Origin: a virus
IMG/VR virus record: IMGVR_UViG_3300012936_000004
Location: 25,415-89,414 of that record
DNA: 64,000 bases
Direction: 5' to 3' (one strand)
Shown here piece by piece: positions 62,175 through 64,000 of the stretch; within the stretch, counting starts at the first letter, position 1; the number at the start of each line of letters is the position of its first letter. The notes below the pieces were generated by a model, which worked only from the letters and a program-made list of their open reading frames with translations, was not told the DNA's origin and did not search any database. The position numbers were made by a program, and so were the translations under genes.

Positions 62175-63335
62175 ATGCCAAGATTAAGTTTATATAAACC
62201 AACAAAAACTAATGATTTTAACTTTATGGACCGCCAAATTCGAGAACAATTTTGGGTAGGCGGTACTGGTGTTCATGTACACAAGTACGTTGGACCAGCG
62301 GTTGTACCTACCGACGGAGATCCAAGCACACCAGATTACATAGATGGTAGAGAAATTGATCCACTAAGTGGAGATTTTATTAATATCGACGGTATTATTA
62401 ATGAAACTAAAATACAAGACTTATTGTTTATGGAAAACAGAGATCGTAAGTACGATTCAGACATATACGAATTGCGTGGTGTGTATAATGTAACAGATAA
62501 TGATTTTGAACTTACACAGTTTGGTTTATTTTTAAGTAATGATATGTTATACATGTCATTTCATATGAACGAAATGGTAGAAGTACTTGGCAGAAAACTA
62601 TTAGCAGGCGATGTACTAGAGCTACCACACTTACGTGATGACTTATTACTTAACGCAGATAAAAAAGCAATCAACAAATACTATGTTATTAGTGATGCTA
62701 ACAGAGGTGCTGAAGGTTTTTCACCTACATGGTATCCACATATTTGGAGAGTTAAACTAAGTCCACTAACAGACAGTCAAGAATACAACGATATACTTGG
62801 AGATGCAAAAGGTGAAGGTAGTCTTAAAGACGACATTAGTACATACATCACAGAATATAAAATTAATGATGCAGTTGTTGCTAGTGCAAATGCACAAGAC
62901 CCTGATGGTACTACAGATAGAGATCATCTATTTGGTTATGATTATGCAACAAGTGGAGGTATTGTAAACAAAGACAATACATATAATCACGGAGAAACTA
63001 TTCCAACAGGAACAGAATTTCCAAGTAGTCCTGCAAATGGAGACTATTTTATACGTACAGACTTCATTCCTAATAGAATGTTTGTAAGACGTGGATCAAA
63101 ATGGCATAGAGTAAACGATAACTTAACAGACCGTACATGGACAGATATTACATATAATGCAAGTGATTATATTAACAACAAAGATACTACTGTAGTAGGT
63201 AGTTCAGAATTTTTAGAAAGACAACCTATAAGTCAAGTGATTACACCTAAACCAGATAATGAAATAGAGTTTGAACCAAATTCTGCATTTTCAGTTGCTG
63301 GATATTATCAAAATGGGTATGTCGAGGACAACTAA
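62175..63335 (+). CDS. gp14: neck / head-closure protein (T4 gp14-like)
   Basis: MPRLSLY, IQDLLF.ENRDRKYD, L.QFGLFL, GDVLELPHL. Confidence 0.8.
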   Translation: MPRLSLYKPTKTNDFNFMDRQIREQFWVGGTGVHVHKYVGPAVVPTDGDPSTPDYIDGREIDPLSGDFINIDGIINETKIQDLLFMENRDRKYDSDIYELRGVYNVTDNDFELTQFGLFLSNDMLYMSFHMNEMVEVLGRKLLAGDVLELPHLRDDLLLNADKKAINKYYVISDANRGAEGFSPTWYPHIWRVKLSPLTDSQEYNDILGDAKGEGSLKDDISTYITEYKINDAVVASANAQDPDGTTDRDHLFGYDYATSGGIVNKDNTYNHGETIPTGTEFPSSPANGDYFIRTDFIPNRMFVRRGSKWHRVNDNLTDRTWTDITYNASDYINNKDTTVVGSSEFLERQPISQVITPKPDNEIEFEPNSAFSVAGYYQNGYVEDN

Positions 63336-63355
63336 GAGAGTAAGAGGAAAAGAAA

Positions 63356-64000
63356 ATGGCAATTGTTAAAAGATTGGTAAAAGGTAGTGCTCTAACACAC
63401 GCAGAATTAGATGGTAACTTTACTGACCTAGACACCCGTGTTGGTACACTAGAAAGCACAACAGACAGTGATAGTCAAACACTAACACTTGTTGGAACAG
63501 ATTTAAGTATTAGCGATGGTAATACAGTAGACCTAAGTGGATTAGGTGGCGGAGGCGGTGGCAGTGGACTATCAAGCGTAGTAGCTGACACAACTCCACA
63601 GTTAGGCGGTGACTTAGATGTAAACGGCAAAACTATCACAGCCGCAAGTTTAAATGTAGCAATAAATCCACCAGCTGGAGGTTTTTTACATTTAGGCTTT
63701 GGAACAGCAGATGCTCACAGTGTTAGAATGTATGATATGTACGCATTTCCAAAAGCAGTACCTAATACAGGTGATGTACTAACAGCTGGTGCGAATTCAT
63801 ATGAGCTTGAATGGGCGGCACCAACAGGCGGTGGAGCTCAAGGTCCACAAGGTCCACAAGGACCGGCAGGTGCAACAGGTGCAACGGGTCCACAAGGACC
63901 GGCAGGAACAGTTGATACAAATTCAGACTTAGACATGAACGGTAACAAAGTGTTGTTTGGTAATGTGTATTCGCAACTTGCAGACTTACCAAGTGCTTCA
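63356..64000 (+). CDS. tail fibre-like protein with collagen-like repeats (truncated by window end)
   Basis: MAIVKRLVKGSALTHAELDGNF, DTTPQLGGDLDVNG, GPQGPQGPAGATG. Confidence 0.8.
   Translation, partial: MAIVKRLVKGSALTHAELDGNFTDLDTRVGTLESTTDSDSQTLTLVGTDLSISDGNTVDLSGLGGGGGGSGLSSVVADTTPQLGGDLDVNGKTITAASLNVAINPPAGGFLHLGFGTADAHSVRMYDMYAFPKAVPNTGDVLTAGANSYELEWAAPTGGGAQGPQGPQGPAGATGATGPQGPAGTVDTNSDLDMNGNKVLFGNVYSQLADLPSAS

Noticed and set aside
1-64000. Stop-codon reassignment
   Set aside because: Core genes are full length in code 11, TAG and TGA end genes at expected positions, and no suppressor anticodon was found.

Overview
This is a 64-kb segment of a large, AT-rich T4-like myovirus read in standard code 11, with nearly all genes on the minus strand. 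It is probably marine and infects an alphaproteobacterium, inferred from DUF1127, YqgE, ClpS, NfuA-like and RpiB genes. It carries tail, neck and packaging genes (sheath, tube, gp13/gp14, gp4, terminase, PAAR), replication and recombination genes (gp41, gp61, UvsW/X/Y, gp32, NrdAB, glutaredoxin, a 185-aa mini-DnaE), auxiliary metabolism genes (GuaC, Apt, RpiB, dNMP kinase) and host-takeover genes (bS21, IF3, Hsp20 with a ROSE thermometer, ClpS). It also has six tRNAs and several structured ncRNAs. The strongest candidate for a new system is a catalytic-domain-only AsnRS-like enzyme with no anticodon-binding domain, followed 8 nt downstream by an aberrant 102-nt tRNA-Asn(GUU) with a Leu-type D arm and a 30-nt variable arm. 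Other highlights are a 226-nt stem-closed ncRNA whose GGC(A/U) array recurs in three 5' UTRs, a widespread TAAATA-N5-ATG leaderless architecture alongside phage IF3/bS21, a set of apparently capsid-packaged enzymes, tRNA-Ser(ACU) and a long-arm tRNA-Trp. All calls were made by eye from motifs; no database searches were run.
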